A DNA stretch of 64,000 bases, from positions 18,662,001 to 18,726,000 of the forward strand of contig JBHGNT010000009.1 of NCBI GenBank assembly GCA_043228905.1. Reading direction: 5' to 3'. Source of the DNA: Azolla caroliniana (lineage: Eukaryota > Plantae > Polypodiophyta). Below are positions 12,821-26,209 of the stretch, in pieces (position 1 is the stretch's first letter; every line of letters starts with the position of its first letter). The notes under the pieces were generated by a model that was not told the DNA's origin, ran no database searches, and saw only the letters and a list, made by a program, of their open reading frames with translations. The translations under genes and the position numbers were made by a program.

Positions 12821-15800
12821 ACTTGATTTAAACTTTAATAATGCCCTCGGAATACAACTCAATTTCCTCTAGACTTGAGAAATTCTTCTTCCATGTCATA
12901 TCAATGTGACATCAAGACAATGATTAACACAAGTTTCATCCTCACATACAAGGCCTTCACACATACCCTTACCTCGATCTTCATCAAACATGCCATAGTT
13001 CAATGGTACAATCAATCACCCCACGCCTTAAAAACTATTGATCAAGTGCAAGAAGTCTTATTACGCTTTCTAAACATACAACATCTCAACAAGAAAAAAA
13101 TCAATGCTCCCCACCCCCAAACCTACCACGCCCACCCCTTCTATTGTCTTGGCCCACTCTTCTAGCCAACCATCACCTCACCCACCCCCTCCACCAACCT
13201 GAATAGTTGAGCCCCCACCACCGCTCATCCCATTAAGTTGACCTTCAACCTCAAAGGATTCAAGCTCATAACCATGCACTCATCCCATAACCACAAATAC
13301 CACATGGAAAAAGAGGCAAGAGCGAAAATCGAAGAAAGGGGATCCGATATTGAACTTAGGTGTGAAAAGGCTAATGGTAGTGTAAGACTAACATTTTACT
13401 TTCTTCAAGAATTTTCAGAGAAGAACTAAGTTGGACGTTATGTTATCCCTCTATCTCTCTCTTCCCCTTTGAGCCATTGGAGTAGCTTACATAGCAAAAA
13501 ACTCTACTCTCAAACTTGCCTACTTAATTATTTAGGCGTGTTGCGTTAAGTATAACGCAATTTTCTTACTTTGATTGAAATGTATGATGAACTTTTCTAT
13601 GATTTTCATGTTCCATTAATGAAATGTATGGATTTCATAGTAAAGTCTTTGGAATATATGTCTCGATTAGATTAAAGTAGAGAGTAGTTAATATTTGAGC
13701 TTTGAAGATTGACATTAACACAAGAGGGCTTATGAACAATTCACACACTTCCTACTCTTATCACCTACAAAAGAGTAAATGTTGATCCAACCTTGAAAGA
13801 ACGATTTGAGTGTGGAGATATAAGTCCACTAGGTGGTGGTAAGTGTGTTGGGAAGAAGGTTGCACACACACACAACTACACCTCTCAGGCAACTTATATA
13901 GGTTACTTGGTTTATCATTATCACAATTCACATCAACCATCATAGACTAACTAGTGGTTCCCAACTTCCTATCATCTACAACTAACCCTATGGTTTAATT
14001 ATGTGTTTCGACTTTATCTATTATTTTACATTCTGACCTTTAGGCCATTTTGTATTCATGGAATGGTCAAATACTAATTATTTGCCTTGGACCCTGTGAT
14101 AGTGACTTGTGAGATAAGTCTCATCTCAATAACTAGAATCTAGGCATTCCACTTTGAAAAATCGAGCTTGATATAGTTATTATAGAAGCGACATGGTTGA
14201 ATGATTTATTAACCACAAGGATTACATAGTCCAATACAAGTCAAATGTGATAAGTAGAATCATACTGTGTATTTGGTTTTTTGAACAATATCAATAACAT
14301 GTAGAAAAAAGATATTACTATTTATCCAATCATCCATGAATTGTAAAGTAATTTACCCTCACACTCTATTATAAGGGGTCTTCATTTGCACATATGTTTG
14401 ACCCCTTAGTTTTGTACTTCAACATAAGTACATAATGTAATGCACAATCATGACTTCTCGTGATACTTTGATTATGCATATATTATTTAAATTACATTTA
14501 CATGAACAAAATGAAACTGCATTTCTATTCTGTAACATTAATTATGCAGGTTACAATTTCATATTAAAGACTTCACTTATCACTCATAAAGTGTAGACAT
14601 GATGGCCTATACATTGCTCTTTATGATTGGCTGATTTAATCAAAGTGTGGCATCTTGTTCATGATGGGAAAGAAGAGAAATATGACATTGATTCTTATTT
14701 TCTATTAAAACCTCCCACACTTACTATGGTGAAGGTTACAAGGCATTGGCAGGTAATTTTAATTGGTTAAGAAAAATGTTGTCCGTGAACCTTGCAAAGG
14801 TATATCAATTACCTAGAAAACAATCTCAAATGTTGTCTTTATCACGTTGCAAAAAGGCTGTCTTAGAATCTTCATATATTTATGTATAGAGCCTTGGAGA
14901 TGCTTTTTCAAGCGAGAAATATGTGTTGTATTACAACTTGCAACTTATGAATGGTCTAGAAAACCTTGTATAATGACATGCAACTTGTGAATGCTCCAAA
15001 AAACCTGGTATAATGAAATCCAATTTGTTTAGAAGGCCATGCATTACAAGGGGTTTATAGGTCATTTTGGCCTTTTAAAAGACCTAAAGATATCTTTTTT
15101 CTTTCTTTAAAGATTCTCTACTCTTTTGGGGAAGAAAGAGTTGTATTCCGAGAATTATCAATTCACATTTTCAAAACCCTTACAAACAAGTCAATTTTAG
15201 AAGAATATCTTATTTATCTTCTATTCATACGACCAAAACCATAAAATCACAACTACTTTATTTTATAACGAATGAATTTCATGGTGTGAAATTTCATCAT
15301 TGAACAAGAAACATTCTAGCTATGTACGAGATAAGAAAAAATTGATGTTGATTACACTCCACTTCAACAAAACAAAAGAAAACATGAACCACTAGCATGT
15401 TGCTTTTGCTTAAACACCTTTGGTCTCAATGTCAAACAAATTCGCCAACCCACTTGAATCATATGATGTCACTGTGAAATTTCATCACCGAACAAGAAAC
15501 CATTCTAGCTATGTACGAGATAAGAAAAAATTGATGTTGATTACACTCCACTTCAACAGAACAAAAGAAAACATGAACCACTAGCAATGTTGCTTTTTCT
15601 TAAACACCTTTGGTCTCAATGTCAAACAAATTTGCCAACCCACTTCAATCATATGATGCCACCAAGATATGGGCTTATGGAGGCTTCGTACCTTTCTATC
15701 CTTTACACATTAATGATGAAAACTCTACTTACATGAGAGATATTTCATAACACTCCCAAAGATCAAATATGGCCCAAATTCTACCTACAAGAGAGATCCA

Positions 15801-16690
15801 TTTAAAGATTGAAACACACATTTTGCAAAAAGTTTGAATCCTCTTGTATAAGACAAGTCATCTATGTGTTTAAATTGTGTTGGCTACAATTTTGCAATTC
15901 CATGGTGTGTAGATATAAAGATAAGACATATGGTACTTCTCAATCCCTCTCTTAAATGAAGGTAGAATAATAAACACCTCTTCATCTTTTGGAGGTATAT
16001 TATTACTCTTAGTTACCAAAAATCAAGAGGTGATAAATTGTAGGGCCTCCATGTTCGATGGTTTATCACGCCTTCAAACTAAAATATCATTTATTACTTA
16101 ATTCTTTCTTTCTCTTGGCTCTATTCCATACATGTATGATAGTTATTATCACATGAACATAAGATTGTTACTGATATTTCATCGCAAGTTAATGTAGAAA
16201 GCCATCTACAACAAACCGTTTAGCACAATTATATTTGGATTTGTGTATGTAGTGGTTCATCCCCAATCAACCTATGTAGATTAAATAGCTAGTAACTACA
16301 TAGACTCTCTCAATATTGTGAAAGAGTAGAAAGTTGTCCCAATATTCTTTAACATTATAATAGAATGATTGATACATAAAACGAAATCTACAATTTTGTA
16401 TCGCACGAAATGAGCTATTACCATAAGAAATGCAATATGCATAAATAACTAAAGATGGTAGGAAAGTATAGACATCGTATTAGGTTATTTAAAGCTGTTG
16501 GAGAAGACTTATATTATAGTGTTGGAAGTTGGAACACACTTTTCTCGAGCATTGTTCTTGTCGAAAAGCTCCTCTTGTGATGTTGCTTCATCAATGCAAT
16601 TAATTTTCTCTCTGTCTCTCTCTAGTGAGGTATCCCTATTAATTTCCATATAAAAACTCAACTGTATTAGTATGTAACTTATAATAAGAC
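12821..16690. repeat. Segmental duplication copy A (~3.9 kb), near-identical to 33655-37525; includes the last SMO1-like exon (16600-16635, -)
   Basis: Direct sequence identity with only scattered substitutions; essentially the same spurious ORFs appear at 12875/33709, 13238/34072 and 13761/34595. Confidence 0.95.
15286..15660. repeat. ~187-bp tandem duplication (also at ~36118-36490)
   Basis: gtgaaatttcatca...aatcatatgatg occurs twice in tandem in both segmental copies. Confidence 0.85.
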
Positions 16691-19600
16691 TTGCAACTTA
16701 TGAATGGTCTAGAAAACCTTGTATAATGACATGCAACTTGTGAATGCTCCAAAAAACCTGGTATAATGAAATTCAATTTGTTTAGAAGGCCATGCGTTAC
16801 AAGGGGTTTATAGGTCATTTTGGCCTTTTAAAAAACCTAAAGAATCTTTTTTCTTTGTTTAAAGATTCTCTACTCTTTTGGGGAAGAAAGAGTTGTATGT
16901 TACCGGCCGGCAAAGGAGTCCAGAGTGGGAAACGGAGAGCTAATTAAGTAGTAGGAATGTGGTTGTAATTAAGCTATGAGTGTGGACGGACGGACCGGAA
17001 TCGGTATGCCATTCCGGATCCGGACCGATCCCGAACAGGTGCGGATGGCACCGTTTTGTAATATAGACCGGAAACCTATTTAAAGGCCTGGATACAATGT
17101 AATAGTTAGCGGTTAATTAATGAAAGCTTAAGCGTTGTTATATCTCTGTCAATTGCCGTTCTGTCTTAATTGTATATCTTACGCGTGTTATGAAGACGAT
17201 CCTAATAAGTAACTTAACTAAGTCGGATTAAGCGTTGAAGTCTAATCCGGTTGCCGCAACACCCTTTGGTGAAGTGTCTCACGTAGACACCCTGTGTTAG
17301 GCCATTGTCCGGCCCGAAGAGTTAACACAGTTTTTGGCGACCACGATTCCTGTTTTTGCAGCGAACGACGGCACGGATGGATGTCTAGATCAACGCACGA
17401 CCTGGTTACAGATCGAACTCGACGCCTTACCGAAAGGCAAAGGAGACGCGAGGCTTTCCAGCAAGCGGTGCAGGAAATTAGAGCGGATCGCTCGTTTTCC
17501 AACATAATCCGGAGAGTAGCGGAGGACTCCTACTAGTTACAGCAAACATCGCACCCGGACGACGGCAGCAGCCTAAGCAGCCTCCGGGAAACCGAATCCC
17601 TTCTCCACGCGTTGGCAAATGGAAAAGGCGAAGCAGAGGCCTTTTCAGCATATGAATTGGACTCCGAAGGGTAATACAGCGTGCACACGAACTACCGTAG
17701 CAGCAACGAAACCCCGGGCAGACCGGAGGACGAAGGATCAGATACCTTACCGACACCGGAACCGGAACCGGAAGTGCTAACGCTGGAACCCCCGGAACCA
17801 GCAGAAGAAGAACGACCTCCGACACCGGAAGTCGAGGAGGAGAGGCCTCCGTCACCAGCGGAAGAGAAACAACCGACACCGGAATCAAATCGGGAAAGAC
17901 CACTGACATCGGAAAAAATTCCGGAACGAGCACCAACGCTACCAGCCTGCACACCGATACTAGACGACGACATGCCGTTCCAGTACTCCAAGTATAGAGA
18001 TGATCCGGACGCGGAAGCTCATGTGCACGCATTTGAACAGACATGGGAAGCCAACCATGTGTCCCAGCGACTGACACCGGAGGAAGAAGAACGCTCTAAG
18101 ATAGCAGAGTTTGGCGTCACAGTGGAGGGACCGGCAGCAAGATGGCGTCGGACGCAGGACCCGTCTACCATCAACACCTTTGTAGATTTAAAAGCTAAAT
18201 TCATGCATTTCTTTCAAAAGGAGATGGACCAGACCGTAATGGTAGGCTTATTTTATACTATCCGGCAAGAGGCAAGGGAGAGCATTCCCCAATTTGTCAT
18301 CCGGTTTCAACGGATGCACAGTCAGCTTACCCGTGCACCCCCAGAGGAGGAATTACGGACGATATTCCTAAACGCGCTCCGGGAACCCCTACGCACGGTT
18401 TGCACGGTAATCGATTTCCGTACAAGTACCATCGACCAAGTCATTGACCGGGTGAAAGAGATGGAAAAGACAAGCTCCTGGCTCACACTGGGCGCACTTC
18501 AACGGGCGTTACCGTCCGATGAAGACCTCCGGTTTCGGCAAGCAATACAGTGCACAACCTGCTTGAATTCCGGACACTCGGCTCTAGAATGCACTATGAG
18601 GACGCAATGTGTAATCTGTCAGTCCAAGAGCCATACGACGGATAGGTGCGAGTATAATCTGTTGACTCGGCAAGCACCGCCCGTCCGACAAATTGAGCCA
18701 CGCAGCAGCCGGGATGAAGAAGACGAACGCTGGCGGCGAATGGATCGTGACCGACCGGCACAGGATGTCTAGTATGGCGAGCGACGGGAAAATGATGTCC
18801 GATATGGCGAGCGACGGGAAAATGATGTCCGGTACGGTGATCGGCGAGATAACTATGACCGGCATGATCGGCACCAGGATTACAATAGACGATACGAACA
18901 GTACAACCGGGAGCACTCCCCCGGGTATCGTCAGCAACGGGAGGAATACGGCCGATATAACGGGCAACCCCGTCAAGAGTACCGTAATAAGAAGAGCTTT
19001 AACAAAAAACGACATTTTAAAAAAGGCGGCTACCCCCGGGATCCGGAACAAGGCGCTCCAAGTAGCCAACCGGTACAAAACCCCGCGCGTACCGCAGGAC
19101 CTGCCCCGGGTACAACAGACAATGCCGAATCTAGCAATGCCTGGAAAACCTACTGCTACTACTGCAGACAGGAAGGCCATTATAGTAACCAATGCCTGGT
19201 GAAGAGCTATGAAAAACGACCGGCGGTAAATATGGTAGTCCCTGAGGTGGCAGACCTGCAGCAGGTGACCACAAGATCGAAGGGCATGGCCAAAGAATGG
19301 GAGACACAGGAGACCATCCGCAAACAAGCAATGGAATGGGTAAAGAAAGCAAATGAGCAGAATGTCACAGACTTACAGCAGCAAAAGGAGAGCACCGCAG
19401 GGCTTGCCGGCGGTAGTCACTCCGAGAACGAGACATGGCAAGCGTTGCAAGAATGCCAGATTACGTTACCACTAGGAAGACTCCTACAACTCGTGCCTAG
19501 ATTCACGGAAGGACTGAAGACGGCCATGACGGCAGGAGAACCATCACCGGCACCGGTACTCTTCTCGAATCCGGAAGAGGGACCAACAGTGGTAGACACC

Positions 19601-20764
19601 AGCAGTCCGGTAATCACTGCCATTGTAAAAGGGAAAGAACTCCCCGGCACAGTTATAGACGGAGGCTCTGGGGTAAATGTAATAAGCCTCCGGACGTGTG
19701 AGGACCTAGGAATCCACGAGTGGGAGCCGTGTCCGTTCTGGTTGCGGATGGCCGATACAAGCTCAGTGCGGCCGACAGGATTAATACAGAAATTAGAAGT
19801 CACCGTCGGCGGGCATACATTTCACATCTCGGTCGTAGTGCTACAATTACAGGCACAAGGCGCATACCCACTATTGCTGGGGCGGCCATGGTTGAAAACG
19901 GCACATATCAAACAGAATTGGCGAAAAAATATAATTACCTTCCGGCGAGGAAAAGCCAAGGTACGGGTACCAACACAGCCAAGGACGAGCACTGGCAAAG
20001 AATGTACACCGTTGTATGCGGAATGTGTCAACATGCTCGAAGGGTTAGCGGACGAAGAAGAAGCTCAATACCTGCAGGAAAACCCGAAGATCATACCCCT
20101 CTTCGAAATTGACATTGCCGAAGCCGTAGCACCGTACTTACCGCAACCGGAAGAGGCGGAAGCAGAACCGGATAAAGACGCAATCCGGGAGTTACGGCAA
20201 GCGCAGGAAGCGTTGGAAATGGCCGTTTCACAGCGCGTGAAAGCATCGCAATTGGAAGATGTGAATTTAGGCACGAAAGACGAAGCAAAACCGGTGCACA
20301 TCGCCAAGGAGATGAAGTCCGGAGACAAAACGACGATGATAACACTTCTCACGGAATTTCGCGACGTATTCACCTGGTCATATGAAGACATGTGAGGACT
20401 CGACCCTCAGTTATACCAGCATCAAGTGCACTTGAGCAAAGACGCAAAACTAGTGGCACAAAGACGGTACCGAATGAATCCCAATTATGTTGCCAAGGTC
20501 AAGGAAGAAATCGACAAACTGCTAAGAGTTGCCTTTATCCGTCCGGTAAAGAAAGCGACATGGCTGAGCCCGATCGTAGTCGTACCGAAGAAGAACGGAA
20601 AAATTCGAGTTTGAGTGGACTACCGGAAACTCAATGCGGCTACGGTAACGGATGCATTTCCACTTCCGTTCACAGATGGAGTGTTGGATGTCGTCACCGG
20701 CCATGAGGTCTATAGCTTCCTAGACGGATTCAGCGGATATAATCAGATCCGGATGCACCCCGAC

Positions 20765-23700
20765 TGTTGGAAACGAGGTCGTCAATGCGGAAGATCAAGA
20801 AGCATTCGATCCTTGCTGAATACCTGCGTATGACAGTTTCTATGTCGTTGCACAGAGAGAGAGTGAGAGAGAGAGAGACACACAAAAAAACTCTTTATTC
20901 CAAGAGACAAGAATACAACAATCCAACCTCACAAAAAGGTTACAAGGTCACTATATATAGTGACCAACTTAGGGCAACTACCCTTTATGCTAATTACATA
21001 GATGGCCAAAACGGGATAGCGTGAATACGTCCATTATACACATGTATTCGACACTCCCCCGTAATGGGCGTGTACATGGGTTATCTAAGATTACAGGTAT
21101 AGACTTGGGTTCTCGGACACATCCGCTTTGTTCGAGTCGGCAGGGTCCGAAGGCAGAAGACCGAACTGGTCGGGTCGGAGCAGTTGAAGCCGATCATTAA
21201 GGAACTGATGTCGGTTGTCGGGAACCATCCTGCTCTGTGTCCGGCTCTAACCGGATTGGTTTGTCGTTACGCCCATCTGATGCCGAAGAGACCGAAAACG
21301 GTCTGTCGAAAGACACTTGGTCATTCCATCTGCGACATTGTCGGTTGTGGATATTTTCTCTAGACCGATTTTCCCTGAAATGACGCAGTCCCGAACGAAG
21401 TGATATCGAACGTCGATATGTTTGGAGGCGTTGTGGTGAACCGGATTTTTCGACAAGGCAACAGCACCTTGACTGTCGCTGTAGACAACTGGAGCCGAGT
21501 CATGGTCGACTTGTCGAAACGTGTGCGCCAGCCGACCGAGCCACAAAGCTTCTTTTGCTGCGTCGGACGCAGCTACATATTCTGCTTCGGTCGTTGAGGT
21601 CGCTGTGCACTCCTGAAGTTTCGACTTCCACGAGATTGCTCCATTGCCGAATTTGAATCAGTATCCGGTTGTTGATTTCCGACTGTCTATACAGCCGGCG
21701 AAATCCGAGTCGGTGTAACCGACTACGCCTGAGGTTCGGTTCGGACCGAAAAGAATGCCATGGTCTTTTGTGCCAGCCAGATATCTGAACACATGCTTGA
21801 CTGCGTTCCAATGCGATCGGCCAGGATTGTGCATAAATCTGCTAACGACTCCTACGGCATGAGAAATATCAGGCCGTGTCGCGACCATCAGGTACATAAG
21901 GGAGCCGACTGCCGGTGCATACGGTACCGACTTCATATCTTCCCCCTCCGGGCCGGATGTCGGGCAGTCTCGCTGAGAGAGCCGAAGATTCATTGGGAGC
22001 GGGGTTGAAGCAGATTTGGCTGATTGCATGTTGAAGCGTTCCAAGACACGTCCGATATAGTCGGTCTGAGACAAAAAGAGATGTCGTTTATCGCGATGCC
22101 GACTAATTTTCATGCCAAGGATGTGTCGTGCCGGACCGAGGTCCTTCATGGCAAACTTCAACCGCAGTTGCCGAACGAGATCGGCAAGTTCGCCCGCGTG
22201 GCGTCCAGAAATTAGCATGTCGTCCACGTAAATGATGAGGAAGATGGGTGATCCATCTTGAGCTGTGTTGGTGAAGAGACAATGGTCCTCATCGCTTTTT
22301 GAGAAGCCGATCGATTGGATGAAGTCGTCGAACTTCTTGTACCATTGTCGCGGTGCCTGTTTGAGGCCGTATAGACTCTTCCTGAGTCGGCAGACTAGAT
22401 GTTCTTGGCCAGGTGCCACGAAGCCTTTTGGCTGCTCCATATAAATTTCTTCCTCGAGATCACCATGGAGGAAGGCTGTTTTGACATCTAGCTGAATCAG
22501 CTCCAAGTTGTCGGCTGCCACTACGCCGAGTAGAAAACGAAGGGTTGTCATTTTCACCACTGGTGAAAAAATCTCGTCGAAGTCGACGCCATATTCTTGT
22601 CGGAAGCCCTTCGCAACTAATCTGGCCTTGTACTTTGGGGTGGTCGAATCAGACGTCTCTTTTAGTCGATAAACCCACTTGCAAGGAAGAGCACGTCAGT
22701 TCCTAGGTAATTCGACTAGATCCCAAGTCTTGTTTGCTCGAATGGAGTGCATTTCCGACTCCATCGCCAGATGCCAGGTGGCGGAATCGACAGATGTCGA
22801 TGCTTCGTCGTAAGACGTCGGTTCGCCGGCGTCGGTGAAGAAGATTCCAGGAGAGTACCTCTCCGGAGGTTGCGACAGTCTCTCGGATCGTCGAGGTATG
22901 ATTGGACTGGTCGCATCGGGTATCGAGGTCGGATGGTCCGAAAGCGGATTGTTCTGCTGTGCCGAGTCGGAGTTGTCCGAGTCGGTAGTGTAAGGTTCAG
23001 CTACCCGTGAAGCTGACCGTGTGTTGAGAGCGGGGCCTTCTTGAAGGGTCGGCACATCGGAAAATGTTACCCTTCGGACTTCGATCGGTTTTTCGACTGA
23101 TGGATTCATAGCCGACTCGTTGAACACAACGTCCGAACTTCGAACGATTTGCCTGCGTTCGGGGTCCCAGAGTCGGTATCCCATTTCGCCGTCGGATCCA
23201 TATCCAAGGAAAATGCATTTCCTGGACCGAGGTGCAAGTTTTCGGCGATCATCTTTCGGAATAAGGGCGTATGCCTCGCATCCGAAGATCCTCAGCTTGT
23301 CGTAATTCGGCTTACTGCCGATCCATAGTTCCTGAGGAATTTGAAGTCCGAGAGGTCTACTTGGCGACATATTGATTATGTGTACTGCCGTGAGTAGAGC
23401 CTCTGCCCAGAAGCCATCCGACAGTCCGGAGTGTTGGAGCATGGAAACTATCCGTTCTTGGATTGTCCGATTCATGCGTTCGGCAATCCCGTTTTGCTCC
23501 GGACTGTGTGGTGCCGTAAATTCACGTCGAATGCCGCGTTGTCGGCAGAATTTGACGAATTCTTCGGATTTGAACTCTCCCCCATTGTCTGTCCGAAGGC
23601 ATTTCAGCTTTCGGTCGGTTTGATTTTCTACCATGGCGAGCCAATCGGTGAAGATCGGGAAGACCCGATCTTTGGTGCGAATTGGATAAGCCCACACCTT

Positions 23701-26209
23701 TCGAGTCGAATCGTCAATAAAACTGACGAAGTAAGAGGCACCGCCGAGAGACTGATGTGGCATTGGGCCACAGACGTCCGAGTGGACCAAATCGAGAGAT
23801 CTCGTTTCTCTTGGTGCTGATGTCGGGTGTGATGCGGCTGCTTGTTTGCCATACTGGCAATGCTCGCAGAATTGATGGTCGGAGAAGGAGAGTTTGGGGA
23901 TGTATCCGGCTCTAGATAGGTGCGTGATGCCGGCCTTGCTGAGGTGTCCTAATCTTCGGTGCCATAGTGATGACACAGGAATATCCACCAAAAACAGGTT
24001 ACCCTCTCTGAGCGTAACATGTAACGGATACAGTGAGTGTATCTTGGGTCCTCTAGCAAGCAGGAGGTTCCCCCTGTGGAGTGTCCACCCTCCCGAAGAA
24101 AAACCGGCACGAATGCCGTCTTCATCTAGTTGTCCGACTGAGATCAATGGCCTTGAGAGCTCGGGTACATGTCGGACATTGTGGAGTACAAGTGTAGAGC
24201 CACCTGCAAGGTTGAGCTCTACTGTGCCGATTCCGATGATGTCACAGTGTTGTGAGTTGCCGACTCGAACTGAGTCGGAGTGACGGATCGTATATTGCCG
24301 AAATTGGGATCGATGAGGAGTCACGTGAAATGACGCGCCCGAATCTAAGAGCCATGTGCTCGATTCTTCAGTCGTGAGTAGAACTTCTGATCCGACTGGA
24401 TTTTCGATTGATAGTATATTCGGGTCGTCCGGTAGTACATCAGCTGAGAAGCTGACGTAATTGATCTCCTCATGCCGGCCACTCTTCTTGTCGGATCTCT
24501 GAGACTTGTCGTTCTTGTTCTTGAGTGCGCGGCAGTCGGCTTTGATGTGTCCGGGTTTCTTGCAATAGTTGCAGATTCGGTTATCCCGTGACTGGCTCCG
24601 TCTTCGCTGATTGTTCGGCGGTCGTGAGGAATCTCTTCCTCGTATGTTCGATCGGTCTGTCGAACCTTGTACTACGTAAGCGTCGTCTGTTGAGTCTTTG
24701 GCAAAAGACTTTCTCCGAGCTGCTTCGGTCAGAATTGCGCTCGTGACTTCGGAGTATTTGACAGCCGTGGTTGACGCGTTGCACACAGTTGTGACGAAAG
24801 TTTCCCATGATGAGGGAAGGCTACTCATGAGTATCATTGCTCTGAGTTCATCCTCGATTGCCGTCCCCTGAGATGAGATTTGGGAGCTTATACTTTCGTA
24901 CTCATTGAGATGTGCTTGGACCGAATCGGATTCTTTCATCCGCAAGTTGTAGAGGCGCCGGATCAGAAACATCTTCGTTGCAGCGACCTTCTTTTCGTAA
25001 GTGTCCGACAGTGTTTTCCACAGTTTGAATGCTGTCGTACACGATTGCACCGTAAAATATACCGATTCCGATAGGTGCATCCGAATCGTGGCGCGGACGA
25101 TTCTGTCCAGCTTCTGCCACTCAATTGGTTTGTATCCTTCTGGAGGTTCTTCATTTTCGATGGGATCGATTTGCCCCTTGACTATGAGATAGTCCTGCAT
25201 TTGCTCCTTCCAGAAGTTGAAGTTCGATCCATCGAACTTTCGTAGACTCATTTCCGACGAGCCGGATGTTGATGCCATCAAATTTGGTTTCGGTTGACGG
25301 AGCTCGGTTCGGAGTTGACTACGAACCTTGTTGGAGTGCAGCCGGTTGGCTCACCCGATATCGTTCTAGTTGGATTTGAACCCGAGTCGGTTCGGCTTCG
25401 GAACTTGCTCGAATTGACTTCGGTAGCTTGAGGGACAGAACCGACTGGTCTTCCCGAATGTTGCCGAATACCGATTATTGAAACCGATTATCTGGACCGA
25501 TTCTGCTTCGGTTGACTGCAGCAACGAGAGAGACGGATCCAACTGATCCTCCCGAATGTCGATCAGCCAGATGAAGCACGAATTTGGGGTTGTTGTTTTA
25601 AGACCGATCTGCACCGAGTGGTTACAACGAGCAGCGAGCAGCGTTTAATGACCTTTTCGGATGCCGTTTAACCGAATGGAGCACGATCGTGTCAATGATG
25701 CACAAGGGGATTTCACCTCGAGCGGTTACGATCACAAGGAACAGAGTACAACCTGATGGCTTACTCCAAGCAAGATGATCTAACGCGATGAGATGCAAAC
25801 CTGGTTTTTTTTTTTTTCCTTCTTCTTCTCTCTTCTTCGAATGACGCAGGAAACCGAATGCAGAGACGACGGCCGACAGCGGATTGAAGGACCGACTACT
25901 GTGCAGGCTCTGATACCAGATGTTGGAAACGAGGTCGTCAATGCGGAAGATCAAGAAGCATTCGATCCTTGCTGAATACCTGCGTATGACAGTTTCTATG
26001 TCGTTGCACAGAGAGAGAGTGAGAGAGAGAGAGAGACACAAAAAAACTCTTTATTCCAAGAGACAAGAATACAACAATCCAACCTCACAAAAAGGTTACA
26101 AGGTCACTATATATAGTGACCAACTTAGGGCAACTACCCTTTATGCTAATTACATAGATGGCCAAAACGGGATAGTGTGAATACGTCCATTATACACATG
26201 TATTCGACA
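20765..26209 (-). mobile_element. Full-length Ty1/Copia LTR retrotransposon nested in the Gypsy RT
   Basis: 289-bp LTRs 20765-21053 and 25921-26209 differ at ~2 positions; TSD CCGAC (20760-20764, 26210-26214); PBS TGGTATCAGAGC (iMet) at ~25907-25918 on -; PPT GGGGGAG next to the left LTR. Confidence 0.97.
21247..25281 (-). pseudogene. Copia gag-pol (gag, CCHC, PR, INT, RT, RNase H) with two in-frame TGA stops
   Basis: CNYCKKPGHIKADC, WLLDSGAS, HRRLGH...CEHC, RTDNGGE, YVDDML, KHIDVRYHF. Stops at 22696-22698 and 21658-21660; the frame continues through both. Confidence 0.95.

Noticed and set aside
12875-13943. ORFs 12875-13165, 13238-13429 and 13761-13943 and their twins at 33.7-34.8 kb
   Set aside because: Their recurrence is explained by the recent segmental duplication; no recognisable protein motifs, and mostly non-ATG starts.
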